DNA from: Lingula anatina
Lineage: Eukaryota; Animalia; Brachiopoda
Reading direction: 5' to 3'
Assembly (NCBI GenBank): GCA_051362555.1
Contig: CM120643.1
Location: forward strand, 8,618,001 to 8,682,000
Length of the DNA: 64,000 nucleotides
Below the pieces are notes generated by a model. The model did no database searches. It saw only the letters and a list, made by a program, of their open reading frames with translations, and was not told the DNA's origin. Of the stretch, positions 51,053 through 64,000 are shown in pieces. How positions within the stretch are numbered: position 1 is the first letter of the stretch; every line of letters begins with the position of its first letter. The translations under genes and the position numbers were made by a program.

Positions 51053-52423
51053 AATGTTTTCCTATTTATTGTCATCGTATTATGCACTTTGCAGGCCGTT
51101 TTGTACTTGTAGGCTACAAATGTCAGTTATCTCTCCAAAATACTGCCCTGCATGTAGGCCCTACAATCGGGCTGTTTTTGATAAGCACGAAGATATATAA
51201 CTAAGCTAGAATGCCGTCAATCGATGAATGATTTATAACATTCACCAAATTATTGATATATCCTGACTAGTATGTATTATTCTTCTTTACGCTGGTTGTG
51301 GGTTTTGTGCTATATGTAACCGGTAAACTATAAGTATTTAAATATTTCACAATCTTTACAAGCGAAATTTCCCTGTCTCCATCATCACACAATTATTTCA
51401 AAAATTAGAAACGTAGAACTTAACGAAAGAATTTTTGCCAGAGGTTTTGGATATGGTAGTCTATAATTTGGTAATTATGAGAAAAGCACTGAAATTTCCA
51501 ATTTTCCAATAATTTTGTAATAAATTTGTCAAAAAATAATTAGATAGATGAATAAATGAGAGCATACGAAATAAAAATAATTCATTCTCCTATAATAAAC
51601 GTACGCTTCCAGGCATGGCGGAAATAATGATGGTAGGCCTATAGGTGCAGGTTCTTTCAAGGGCCTGCCAAATTCTGAATATTGTGTGCCTAGATTCTGC
51701 ACACTGATTAATTGCAGGCCTTGATTTTCCACAGGCACACATATATAATTAGTCCATAGAGATGAAAGAACGCTTTTCTTCCCCAAAAACACTACCATTA
51801 CTAATTTTTTATTTTCCCGCATCATTACTTCCCCAAACCTTCCCTACCCCGCAACGTAAAAATGCGACTCACAACCATAACTGTCACTTTTAAAACCGCG
51901 CTGTAAATACAAAATTATTTGGGCCTCAAAAGTGACATCAAGAAAATGGGCATTCTCAAACCGATGACGGACGTAACGATGGGGGTAATATCATATAATT
52001 CTGTTTGAGGAGCAACGACCGATGTAGCCTACAGTAGGCTACATAAAATTTTACCAGAGGGGGGATTTTCCTGGCAAAATTGGGGGTTCTTTCGAACCCT
52101 CCTGGCTACGGACCTGCATTATAAAGGGTTACCTAATTTAATGCAGAGGTCGGGGTGGTCATAAAAAAGTCCCCCACGACTACAAGTAAAGGCACATGCA
52201 CACCTGTAGGGTCGACCCTCACAATTCGTTATCCCTGTAAATAACTGGTGATCTTAGAATTTGTTGAGTAGTCCTTTTTATCAAACTTTTATCAGTCTTT
52301 GGCAATGTGTCTATCGTATTAATTAACCTATGTATTATTCATGTCGACCAGCATCTTGAGTGCATAGTTTTTCGTGTACGATCAATTCTACACTGCTCAC
52401 GCGCTACCATCTTGAGATTTGAT

Positions 52424-55400
52424 ATGGCGGGTCTCTCAGCAATCCGCAGCCGGACCCTCAATCGCGAGTAAGTAAGTAAGTGATTCAGTTGAAAATATGA
52501 ATAAATAATAAATCGGTATTTATTGCACTATGGTAGGTAAAATAACAGATGAGTATAGAGTTCGTGTGGTAGCTGAGATTCAAGGATAAACGATGTCAAA
52601 AGATGTCGTTATTTTTCGCTTCAACCCACCTTCCGCCTTGACCTAGTTTCGAAACGAGGTTTTCAGGGAAATAGACAAAACACTTCCACTTTCGCTTTGT
52701 AGTTCAGTAGCCAAAACTCCTCTTAGAGTTTCGATTTCGAGTTCTATGTACAGAATATATGCATCCCGCATATTGAAACGTAAGAAACCTAGAAGGTAAA
52801 AGGATTGAATTGGACGACTGAAGATTTATCAAGTAAGTGATGGTAAAATTTACCTGTTCCAGACTTTTTTTAAGCTATAGAGATTTTTTTAATTAAAAAT
52901 TAAATAACAACCCTGTTACATAAATAGCATTAGGATGTGCAGCCACCTTGATAAAACTATTGTTATAGCAGTTTAATGTTAGAATATTCAATACTTAAGA
53001 ACTCCCCTTCAGGAGCATGGAAGAGAGTACCAGTAGTTCCAGTGAAGATGAAGACCAGAGAACCCAAGTACCGGTACATGTACCGGTAGCAGCAGAACTA
53101 AAAGTTGAGACAGGTGTGTTTTTTTTTATTTTCAAGCAGTGTAACCCCTTCATTGAAAATTAGTGACATCTGAAGTCATTTCAGGGGTGGAAATTGGTTG
53201 CAATCTGTTTTGTGAAATAGGTTGAAAGATTCTGGTAAAAATATTGAAAAATTAAGAAGTTAATTGCGAAAATAAATCATCAGTTCATGTTCTTTAATGG
53301 TAGAGACACTGATTAGTCATCATATAATTAAGTACTAGTACAGTGCCTGTCCTAGGCTTTTTATTGAGTAATCTGTTAACAAATTTATTAGAATATGTAC
53401 TTAATTTGCCAAAAGAAATATTACAATGCATTTACCTCAGTCATTTAAAAGGAACAAGATACAGGTTAATTAAGACATTTTGGTGATGAATAAATGCTGT
53501 TTCTGTTTTTATTCTTGGAACTTGGTCAGTTATTAATTCTTAACCCTGTAAGTGTCTTGTTTCATTTTTGATTGTAAGTATCAGATAAATGATTGGTTTA
53601 CATTTTATCCCATATACAATACAGTAATTTAATGAAACAAAGTACAAAGTACTTCCTTTTAATAAAGGTACATATCAGTATTTGTGTTCCTGTACTAAAA
53701 ATACACTGTGACTGTGTCAGAAACGGGGTAGCACCAGATTTGAGCTGTAACAATTCTGTCAAGACTTGAAGTGCCCATGTAAAAAGTTAATTGTTATAAT
53801 ACTAGTATGTATTTAGTATGCAATATATCATTTAAAAAACATTCTTATTTAATTAAATAAATAAATATATATATATATATGAAATGTTTCAGGTGCTTTA
53901 GAGGCCTTAGCTTATCATTAATGAGAAATCAGTTATCTCTAAATAGTATTTTGGAAGGTTATCAGTTTCTGTAGAATCATATGTGTACTCAGTGACTCAG
54001 CACAGTTCAATTGAATGTCCATTCTTTCAGCCACACCAGTAATATCTGCCAATTCCCAACTTCTACAGATAGAGACTAGGTATGGCTATGTAGTGCAGCA
54101 ACTTGATCAGTTGACTCGGATGTACTGCGCAGAGTGGGGACTATTACAGCAAAATTTACAAAACCCAGTTCTTACTTTGGCTCAGAAACGGTTAACTGAG
54201 AAAGAAATTCAAAGGGTAGAAAGCCATTATCGTCCACAGCTAGAACAATTGCAGGCGTGGGTGGCTTGGTTGCAGTCTCAGTATCAGGCTGTGCAGATAC
54301 AACAGTTGCAGCAACAAGGGGGGTTGATTGTGGCAGATTCAAGCAAGGACCAACAACTTGGAAAACCCTCTGGCACAGAAGATAATTTACTAGCAGAAAT
54401 GTCAGCTGAGCAGAAAACTGAAGGAGTAATGAAACAGAAAGGAGAAGATGTTAAACGAGGCCAGACAACAGGGGATGCAAAATCAAAATCAACAATGCCA
54501 CCAAGGGACTTGCTGAGGAAGACAGAAAGTGATTCATCTCGAACAGGGAGTCCAAGCCCTGAACCCCTGGGAGCTGCAGCCAAGGGAACGAAGAAAAAAG
54601 GAAAAAGGGGGGCTAAAGGAAAGAAAATGGAAAAGACAAATTTGATTTCTCCTCCAGCTCAGCTACCTTCTCCATATGAAATAAAGAGATTGGATTCTGA
54701 GGAATTTCCAACACTTGGAGCCCAAGCTAAGCTCAGCAAGAAACAACAGAAAGAGCTGCTTGAGGAAGAGGAGAAGAAGAAAGGTCGCCATCTGTCAGGC
54801 GAAAGACAGTCATTAAATGTCTCTCCAACTTCTCCAGCAAAGATGAAGGTCAGTCGTGGACAGTCTCCAAGGCCAGCTGATTATCACAAGTATGTAGTGG
54901 GATCTCGTGCTGGTAAAAAGTTAACCGTTTCCAAAGATGATGTCAATCAAGTTGGTCTAGACTACATCATCTCAACATCGGAACAAGGGAAACTGGTGAC
55001 AGCAGAAGACACAGAAAAATACATTCTTGAACGCTTTCAGGTTTCAAACATTTGTGAACTTGGATGTCAATATGCAACAGAAATTTCATGTGTTAAAAAA
55101 CTGACTGAAAATCAGTCCAAAGTCAATGCTTATATTCATGCCTATTCATTGGTCAATGCAATAGGAACTGCGCACGATCTTGGAGAAAGGGTCCCAAAAT
55201 TGTTTGAGAAGACCAGCTTTGAGGAGTTACACTTAGGACCCTTTGTGAAGCAGCCAAAACTAAAAGAATTATTTGGAATCCCTCCAACTTTGTCAAGTGT
55301 ACCAGCCGTGACTACTGATGACATTTTGCATCATCTTATGGTGAGAATTTTGAATAATTTTACATTTTAAAATAGCATAATTACAACACTGATGATATTT

Positions 55401-58400
55401 AGTCTGTAGACCTCTTTCTTAGATTTAGCTTCATATTTTGGAGTTTTGTTATTTAAAAAGTCAGTAGACTTATTTTAACTTGTGAAATACTAAGAATTTT
55501 GGTTTAGTATATTGAAAGTTTTATTGTAAATTTACAATTGTACATGTATTCATCAGCTTCCTCTTAAAAACATAGGTATAGAAACTGTGTTAGAACTTTT
55601 TCTTAGATGAAATATCTACTTAAATCAAGACTCTTCATCCAGAACATCATCATGTACTTAAAAATTCTCTTAATGTAAGGCCATATCTTTAAAGATGCAT
55701 ACAAAGTCAATTTTTTGTCACAAAAACCAACCAAATGCCAGCATATAGTTTCAAGTACTATAACTTAGAGAATTACCAAAAGGCATTGTTTAATTTTACG
55801 CGAAAATGATGTTTGATCGGATATTTCTGTTGGCATTCTAAGCTGTATGTCAATAGGGCAGGAAAGTAAGTCACGAAAGTAGGTTAAATTTACAACCAAA
55901 AATTTAAAGAAAGGACAGTTCAAAGGTCTTTTATGGCTGATCGAGTGATCTATTCAGTTTATCCCTTAGCATGTCGAATTTATTTGAGTAATATAAGAAT
56001 CTAGTAGAAGTGGTTTACATGTATTACTGGGAATCCATGTTCCACCGATGCTCGGTTCGTACATGTATGTACCTTTAAAGCTTATTATAACATTCTGATG
56101 ATTTATTGCATTTGATTTTATAGTATTTGCTTTGATTGTTACAGTATCAGACATTTACATGTCATGTTTTTTACAGTCCTATATGGACAAAAACAAACTG
56201 TGGACTGATAAAGTAGACTTGAGGAAGTTTCTCACCTATGTACAAGAACAATATGGATGTGAGACATTGGAACAGTTGGGCGTGAGGGTGAAGAGTGTTG
56301 GGCTTGCCATTTCTGTAAGTTATTTGTAACTGCCCCCCTCCTCCCTCCTAGAAAATATTTATTTTGCCCAATTAACTAACTTGCCATAATTCAGGTAATT
56401 AGGCCAATATAATCAGAAAGTTTTTAATTTTTAAAGTTGTAAATTCAGAAATCAAGTATAAACATTTAGCAAGATCTGTGTCATAAAGCTAGCTATACAT
56501 TATAAGTTGTATATAGGGTATTTTATGCTTTTTGACATTAGGTGATAAAAAGTGCTCAAAAACACCAAAAGAATTGGAATACAGAGGCAAGAGGGAAGCT
56601 GAAAAATGAACTGATTGAACAAATGGACAAGAAGCTACACAAAATAAAAAATCAGTTGCAGGAGTCCATTCTGAAAGATGAAAGGTCGGTGCATGTACTG
56701 TACTTTGGTTTAAAACTTTGAACAATTGAAAAACAATCAACTGGGCATTACTTAAGTAATCATTGTCAACTGAAATAAGTAATTTGACCTTTTTTATCCA
56801 GCAATACTACAAAGAAGAAGAGCCAGTTTGCAGACATGGCTGCAGCAGATGTGGTGCAGGAAGTTTTCAACCGATGTCAAACAATATTCAGTGCGAACTT
56901 TGTGGATCCAGATTATGTTGTGACGCCATTCTTGAGAATACTGTCAACAGATGAATTTGCAAGGTATTTTGAAGTGACATATTGTAAGAATTTGTTGTTT
57001 AGACCATTTTAGACAAATAATTGAAAATTTCTTCAGACTTGCATGCTGTCGGATTTCAGCTACGTTATGATGCCTTTGCAATGGTTTACTGAAACGGAAG
57101 GTTCAATGTGATTTTAAAGTATTTTAATCAGTCGATTTTCCTGCTACCATTGGCAATATTATAGCACTGAAAATCCTCTCACTTTCAACCTCCAGTCTCA
57201 AAAAAAAAAAAAAAAAAAAAAGATAAGTAATTTTAAAGGATTATTTCGAGATTATCTTTGTAATAAATGCATTTCTGTTTTTAGTTTTTGTCTGTGAAAT
57301 TCTGAACCATTAGAAAAAGACGCTTTGAAGTTTAAAACTTTATAAAATGTATTTTCTGTTTGTTTTTAAGAAAATTGTTCCAGTTATGTCTATGTACTGC
57401 TGGTGATCTGGAAATCCCCCATCTAGCAGACAACATTGACAGCCAAGCAGAAGGTCAGGCATCAGAAATGGAGGGAGAAATGCATGCTGGGCCAACTAGA
57501 CCAACAGAAGGTGTTCTTTTGCTTAATAGAAACTTTAAAACTTTAGAATCATTGCATACCCCAATTGATATAAATTTGTCTTTTTGCTAAACTTGTTTTA
57601 ATTTACAGGTTTTGGTTTGAGCACCTACAACATTTAAGGGTGCATTCCCGTAGATTTTAGATCAATCTATCCCCATGGGGCGTCTTACTAGATTACTGTC
57701 AGATAATCTGGCTTAAATGTCTGTCCCGCCTACTACAAGCTGTAAGGGGGTAATTAACTTCCATGCCCGCTTGGCTGACAGCTATTTAGCATGAACCCCC
57801 AGGGAGTTAGGGCGATCTAGTTGGATGGATCTAATCTCTGGGAATGGGGTCTAAGTTGTTTTTTTGTCACCTTTGATCTGTGTATGCTTACTAATGACCT
57901 GAAAGAATTTATAGTTGCAGCTAATATGGGGAATAACCCTGTGTATCACACTTTTAAAATACTTTCAGCTGTACTTTTCAAGCAGCTAAGCCAGACACTG
58001 TCCTCATATACCAGTGCTATGAATCTAAGGGCGATGGCCCACATGGAAAAGAGACTGGCACAGCACTTCGGTTTCCAGGATTTTCACAGCATGGGTCATG
58101 GTAGTTTCACAGAATTTCTGGGACATCACAGTAAGGTGGGTAAACTGTTACCTGTAAATCAAAATGAGTTTTTATAATATTTTCTTGCTGATCAATTGCA
58201 ACTTAAACAGTACGGATTAATTAATACTAGCATATAACTGTTGATTCAAATTAAGAGCTATATTTAGAAAAAAATTAAAAGCCTGAATTTCTCAGGTCCT
58301 GCTTTAAAGCATCTATTGTAAAATTTCCTCAATTCGTAGACAAGAAACTTATACAAAGTTGTAAGAAACTTAAGAATAAATTAAATTGATTGATTGTTGA

Positions 58401-61400
58401 AAAAAATTAACTGATTTTACGACAAGCACAGTTACTGTTTTAATACAGAATGCAAAATGTTGTGCTGGGGCCGTATTCTCGAAAGGTTGTAACTTACAAA
58501 TTCTTATAACTTTTCACATAAGTCTGATCATTCTTGTAAGTTGGTATTCTCGAAGGTATGTAATTACCGAGTTTCAAGAATATGGCCCCTGGTCAATAAA
58601 CAAAGTTGTACATATCACAGGAGCTAGAAGAACTCGGCATGGGCAGTGTAGGAGGTGGGCCAGGAACTGGGCAGTTTACAGCCACTAAGGATAGTGTCCT
58701 GCAGTTCATTAGGCAGTGTGGAAATGATCTGGTAAGCATGGATCTGAACATATTTAATGATATTTAATACCAAAAATAAAGTTTCCACTTAATAAAGTTG
58801 TCATTCATTCACTCACTAATTCATTCACTTAATCATTCATTCATTCATACATTCATTCATTCATTCATCACTCGATTCATTCTTTAATTCATTCATTCAT
58901 CACTCATTTTTTCATTCATTCATTCATTCATTCATTCATTCCTTCGTTCCAGCCCAGTGATACCATTGGTGATATGCTGTGTGACCAGTTTAAAGTGAAG
59001 AAGCCCACTGACCTAGGCTGTGGCACTGTCCAGAAGCTGGTGGAAGGTGCTGGAGATGGTGCCACACCCCACAGTGTGGTGTACTATGAGGCTGCTTCTG
59101 TGGTCAGCCAGGGGTAAGAACTTTGTTAAAAGTGAGACCCTTTTTTTATGTACAGACACAGATGTGTCTGTACATATTGCCATCACCTGCGTCTGTCGTC
59201 GCCGTCCCTGTCGCCGTCCCTGTCGCCGTCGCCGTCGCCGTCGCCGTGCACTTTCATCGTTAACACGATAAGTGGAAGACAGTTTTACTTTTTGGCTTTA
59301 TATTTACAGAGCTGATGAATATTCATAAAATGCAGGTCAAGTTCGAAAATCGGCATGTTTGGGCAATTATTGTAGTATTTATGCTGTGTTTTCACTTTTT
59401 AGCATATATGCAACACTGTTAACACATTTCAAGGAAAACCGATAGGCCTGTTGTCATGAAACTCACAGGAGTAATCAATCTTACTAAAACGCAGATCAAG
59501 TTCGAAAATCGGCATGATCGGGCCACTATTTTAGTAGTTATGCTGTTTTTTTCACTTTTCAGCATATGTGCAACACTGTTAACACATTTCAAGGAAAACC
59601 AATAGACCTGTTGTCATGAAACTCACAGTGGTAATCAATCTTACTAAAACGTAGGTCAAGTTCGAAAATCAGCATAATCGGGCCATTATTTTATAAGTTA
59701 TGCTGTTTTTTCACATTTCCTCAGATTCAATTCTTAGGCATGTTAACAGTCTCATTATTTAACTAATAAGATTCGTAAAAGTGTTTTTTTGACATTTCCT
59801 GCATCTTTACAACATTGTTAGTTGATTATGTAAAAATGATGGTAAACATGTTATCATGTATTGTATAATAGTGTTTCAAAAATGGAAATAAACTCATATC
59901 ATTGCAGTTTGTCAGATTCATTCATTGACTATGTTCAGAAACTCAGAATGGAGGAAATTGGACATTAAACACTGTTCTATTGGTATTTTTCCCATCTCAT
60001 CAATTTTCTTAGTTGATCATATGTTGTTAATTTTGTTATATGTTAAAAAATTGTTAAAAATGGAAAAAAAAACACATTTCAGGACAGTGCTGTCTTGTCT
60101 ACATTTTGGCATTTTCAAGGTGTGACTTTGAAGTTCCTTTGGCCTAAAGACCTTTGCTAGGAACATTTTCTGAATATCCATGATGCTAATATTTTATTAT
60201 TAAAAATTGATGGTAATTATCCTGTTAAACATTATGTAATAGTGCATCAAAATTTGAAGACACCCCTATTTTGGACACTGCTCCCATGATGACCATTTAA
60301 GGAAAACCATGTCACTTACTGTTCTCAAACTTACAGGAAGAAACATGGGACTTAAATAAAGCTTCAGTGGGCAATGCAGACTATTTGGTAAATTTTTCTG
60401 GCAGTTAATCAGTTTTTTGTGAAAATTTAATTTTTCACATATTGGCATTTTCAAGGTGTGACTTAGAACCTCCACGAGCTTGAAGACCCATGCTAATCAT
60501 ATTTTCTGAAAATCCACGATACGGATCTTTTATTATTAAAAACTGATGGTCATTATGCTGTTAAGCATTATGTAATATTGCATTAAAATAGAAGAAAACA
60601 CAATTTTTGGTGCTGCTGCCATGATGACCATTATGGGAAAACCATGTTACTTATGATTGTCAAACTTTCAAAAAAGAAACAAAGGACTAAAATGCAGCCT
60701 GAGTTGGAAAAGCAGTCTAATTGGCTTCTTTTTCTGGAAGTTATACATTTTAGTGAAATATTCATTTTTATCATGTTGGCATATTCATTGTGGGACTCGA
60801 AGCTCCCATGGACATGAAGCCAAATGGTAATCAAATTTTCTACATGTCCATGCTATTTATAGTCAATAATCAAAAATTGGTGATAATTATTCTGTAATTT
60901 ATTATGTAATGTTACATCAAAATTGACAAAAATCTTTTTGCACTGCTACTACAAACATTATGAAAAGAAAACTATGTTACTTATTATTATTTTCAACTTA
61001 CAAGTATGATTTGTAGGATTGGCATGCAGTTCAAATTAGAAAGCCAGCTCAAATGGGTTATCATTTATTATTGAATTTAAGCAGTTTTATGTGAAATTTT
61101 CATTTTTCTCATTCTGGCATTTTCAAAGTGTGAACTTAAACTCCCATGGGCCTGAAGCCTTACGCTTGTTACACATTTCACTTACATTGGTATTACCTGT
61201 TGAGCATAATTAAAATTTGATGTTGAATTTGCAGTTAAGCATAATGTACTTTTGCATCAGAATTGACAGTAGCCTGTTTTGTGCATTGTTATTGTCTGCT
61301 TTTTGTCTGTACATTTGACATCCTTGCTGCCTTGTTTTTTTTTTTACTTTTGGAAGTGTTTCCTCTCTTATATGTGAGAATAAGTATAGAGCCAGAGAAT

Positions 61401-63847
61401 GGTTTTTATTTCTAGACCCTCTTTTTTCTTGCTTACTGTAAGTACGTTTTGAAGATATTTTGAATGTAACATTGGTTAGGTTTAATATATATATAAATTT
61501 GGATTAAAAAGTATAATTTATAATTGCCTTGGGCTGATGTGAAATATTTGATTTCCCGTGACCTTGTGGTCTGTTATTATTGATTCATTGAATTTAAACA
61601 CAGAAATGGGTGCAGAGGGTGATAAACTTAGATTTTGTTTACACAGTGATAGTGCTACCTGTATTCGATTTTGACATATTGTACATTATGCCTTTCAATT
61701 TGGACTACTGTAACTATAACAGTTATTATAATAGCAACTTATTAATATCTGAGTTGTGATACCTGTATAAATTACCTTACAGGTAGTAATTAGTAATTAA
61801 ATTATCCACTATTATATAATTAAGTAAAATAGATTTGATTATATGTCATGTGTATTTCACTCCCACCTTTAAGTCAGCAAATATCTCTACTCGCTACTCT
61901 GTGACTTCATACAGGAACAGGGGGTTACAAACTTGGTTTTTGTTTACACGATGATAGTGATATCAGTAACACTCAGTATTTGACTTTGGACATTTTGTAT
62001 ATTTGGTGTTTCACATAAGGCTGTGATTGCTACAACATTTTCTTAATCCCCCACCTGTCACACCTGTATAAATTACTCAGCAGGTAATAGCAAATAATAA
62101 AGTAAGCCATATCTGATAAAATTAGTTTAATTGAAGCATATGTTTTCTTAATGCATATCCAGGGGCAGCTACAGAGATATTTTCTGAGTGTCTTTCCAAT
62201 TGTCTTTTTTGATTTTTGATCCATCCTCAATTTTTGACCATCTACCGCCATAAAAATTAGATGCCTGTCAATGTAAACTTGAAAAATTCTGACTGTCTTC
62301 CAGAAGATCCAGAAGATGGCCTTAATCTGCCCATGACATCATTCATCTGTGTTTCACTTCTACCTTTAAGATCACAAAAAAATCTTCACTACTCTGTGTT
62401 TTCATACAGGAATAGCGGCTCTCACCACAAGACCATCGAGGAGGCCTTGGAGTGTCTGACCAGTGCCCCTCTGCTGGCTGACCTGTCCACTTGGTCACAC
62501 TGGGAGGTCATCTTCGAGCCACAATTTGGACCGCTGAAGACTTTCATTGAGAAGCATAGCAAAGACTGCGCTGGGAATATTGGTCAGTTAATATGATGAT
62601 AAGTTTGTGTTTTTTTTTTCATAAGTTTAAGTGACAAAGATTGTGTTGGAAACATTGGTCATTAAAATGATAACTTTGTGTTAAACTTTGTTTTGCAAGT
62701 GCTGTGAAACTCAAGAATTAATAGGATGAAAGAATACACAGTTTTATAATTAACTTACATGTCAGTAATTTTTTAATGTTAGAAATCTGTTAAATAAATG
62801 TCTGTTTCAGATGTAACTTCATATATAAATTCACACAATTATTGAAATTGGGTGACCAAAACACAAAGTCAGTCTATAAGTGTTTTGCTACATGATCATG
62901 AATTGCATGATCCATTGGTAGTTTGCCTATTTTCTCTTCAGTTAAAGACATCAGTGACTTGTACTGCGTTGAGATGGCACCAGGCATTCTGTTGCGTATT
63001 ACCATGACAACCTCAGATAAGCAATTCAAACTGGCCCTTGAACAAGGAAACACAAGAGATGCAGCAGGGCATTTGGTTTCCATTTTCCTTAGAGATGGTG
63101 GGTTAAAAAATGCACCTCTAGCTCTTTTGGCCAATCATGTGACAACAGTTCTGCACTCAATGGCAGGAAAGGGCAGCATTGGACAAATTCACTCTGGGTT
63201 ACAAGAGGCAGAAACAGCAGAAGATGTGCAAGCTAGGCTTACTTTAGATTGCTTGACAAAATTGCCTAAGAGGATCTGTAAAGCTGTAGCCAGACAGGTA
63301 TGTGACTCACTTGCACCAGTGGGAACGAAGTTTCACTCCTCCCTTAATTCACAAAAACATTATGCCATTTTGCCACTGAATTGATGATTGTCTCAACGAT
63401 AAACTTGTCTCCCAAATGCCTTGCTTGGAAAAAACCTCACCTGAAAAAAAAACAACTCACAAGTTTGCACCCATCTGGGACAGTTTTTGTCTAAAGTACA
63501 CTTAAAGTCAAATATATAAAATTAAACTAATATTTAATCTGATCACCAGATGAAACAAATGAGCTACATGTAGACCATGCAGTTTTCTGGCTGTTTTTGT
63601 CTAACCTCAACTCATTTTCTTTTCATTGAACTTGAATCTTTTACACTGTCAGGTATTTTTGGAACCCCTGGGTAATACTGTAGGCAAGGCCAAAGCCTAC
63701 CAATTGCTCCTCAAGGTGAGCCGATGTATAGAGGACAAGCTGTGCCTGGAAAGCTTGGGGCTGTCCCTGGGGATCTCTGAATGGACAGAGAGTCTGTGGG
63801 CCCAGATGAAAAGCAGTGCCGACCCAATGGACGATTCTTTCACACAG
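52424..63847 (+). CDS. NOV: Protein NO VEIN-like (5' part; continues beyond window)
   Basis: Phase-consistent exons 52424-52467, 53013-53113, 54031-55340, 56177-56314, 56542-56684, 56802-56963, 57371-57510, 57969-58135, 58621-58731, 58953-59113, 62410-62582, 62942-63297 and 63653-63847. The motifs KVNAYIHAY..DL..FEELHLGP, FLTYV..LEQLGVRVKS, FHSMGHGSFTEFL and APLLADLSTWSHWEVIFEPQFGPL match my recollection of the plant/animal NO VEIN N-terminal region. The first two exons are less certain. Confidence 0.82.
55693..56074 (+). mobile_element. Kolobok-like MITE (TTAA TSD), family 2, copy 2
   Basis: TTAA|AGATGCATAC...GTATGTACCT|TTAA. It is colinear with 36605-36981. Confidence 0.85.
57638..57851. 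mobile_element. MITE with TAA TSD related to family 1
   Basis: TAA|GGGTGCATTCCC...TGGGAATGGGGTC|TAA. It shares TATTTAGC and GGGGGTAATTAA blocks with family 1. A related half copy lies at ~45408-45488. Confidence 0.72.
58468..58588. mobile_element. 121-bp MITE with CTG TSD (Harbinger-like)
   Basis: CTG|GGGCCGTATTCTCGAAA...TTTCAAGAATATGGCCC|CTG. Confidence 0.78.
58800..58942. repeat. Degenerate (TTCA)n microsatellite
   Basis: About 35 imperfect TTCA units abutting the acceptor at 58951-58952. Confidence 0.9.
59141..61336 (+). mobile_element. Non-autonomous Helentron/DINE-1-like element, second copy, in a NO VEIN intron
   Basis: It has the same T-run and ATGTACAGACACAGATGTGTCTGTACAT hairpin, then a (GTCGCC)n microsatellite at ~59195-59246 and ~180-bp core repeats. 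The 3' end is TGTCTGTACATTTGACATCCTTGCTGCCTTGTT followed by a T-run. Confidence 0.85.
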
Positions 63848-64000
63848 GTTTGAGTACTGTTTGACTTTAGGCCTTAACACACTGTCAGATTGGGCTTGTG
63901 TTTTCCTTTATTTTTCATTTGGTAGAAGTGAAGAAAGATATTTTAACCCAGTTGTTTTTTTATCCAGATTTGGTGTTTTGTTTTCACTAGGAATTCTCTG

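Noticed and set aside
59020-59271. Arg-rich ORF (RRRPCRRPCRRRRRR), protamine-like
   Set aside because: It is a translation of the (GTCGCC)n microsatellite in the Helentron-like element.

Overview
This is AT-rich, intron-rich animal genomic DNA, probably from a marine invertebrate; it is not prokaryotic. I reconstructed five protein-coding genes by hand from splice sites and reading frames. (1) A 33-exon xanthine dehydrogenase/aldehyde oxidase-family molybdoflavoenzyme (+, 554-22181). (2, 3) Two tandem 6-exon SLC16/monocarboxylate-transporter-like MFS paralogs (-, 23070-27210 and 34062-38468). (4) A bacterial-type CapA/PgsA (PGA_cap) metallophosphoesterase with an intronless ORF and a C-terminal membrane anchor (+, 49766-51052). 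(5) The 5' part of a NO VEIN-like gene (+, 52424 to window end). Mobile DNA includes many MITEs (Harbinger-like and Kolobok-like), two Helentron/DINE-like elements, an L2/CR1 remnant, a triple-nested insertion, and a 3.6-kb TIR element with a 5-bp TSD and convergent gene remnants. The most notable signals are: recurrent 6-bp insertions turning TA into palindromic octamers (TACATGTA, TACCGGTA, TAGGCCTA), supported by paralogous empty sites and apparently stacked three times in frame in a coding exon; two adjacent U12-type introns, one apparently GT-TG; an XDH/AOX mosaic active site; and the candidate horizontally acquired capA. Exon coordinates were read by eye and family assignments come from remembered motifs, not database searches.
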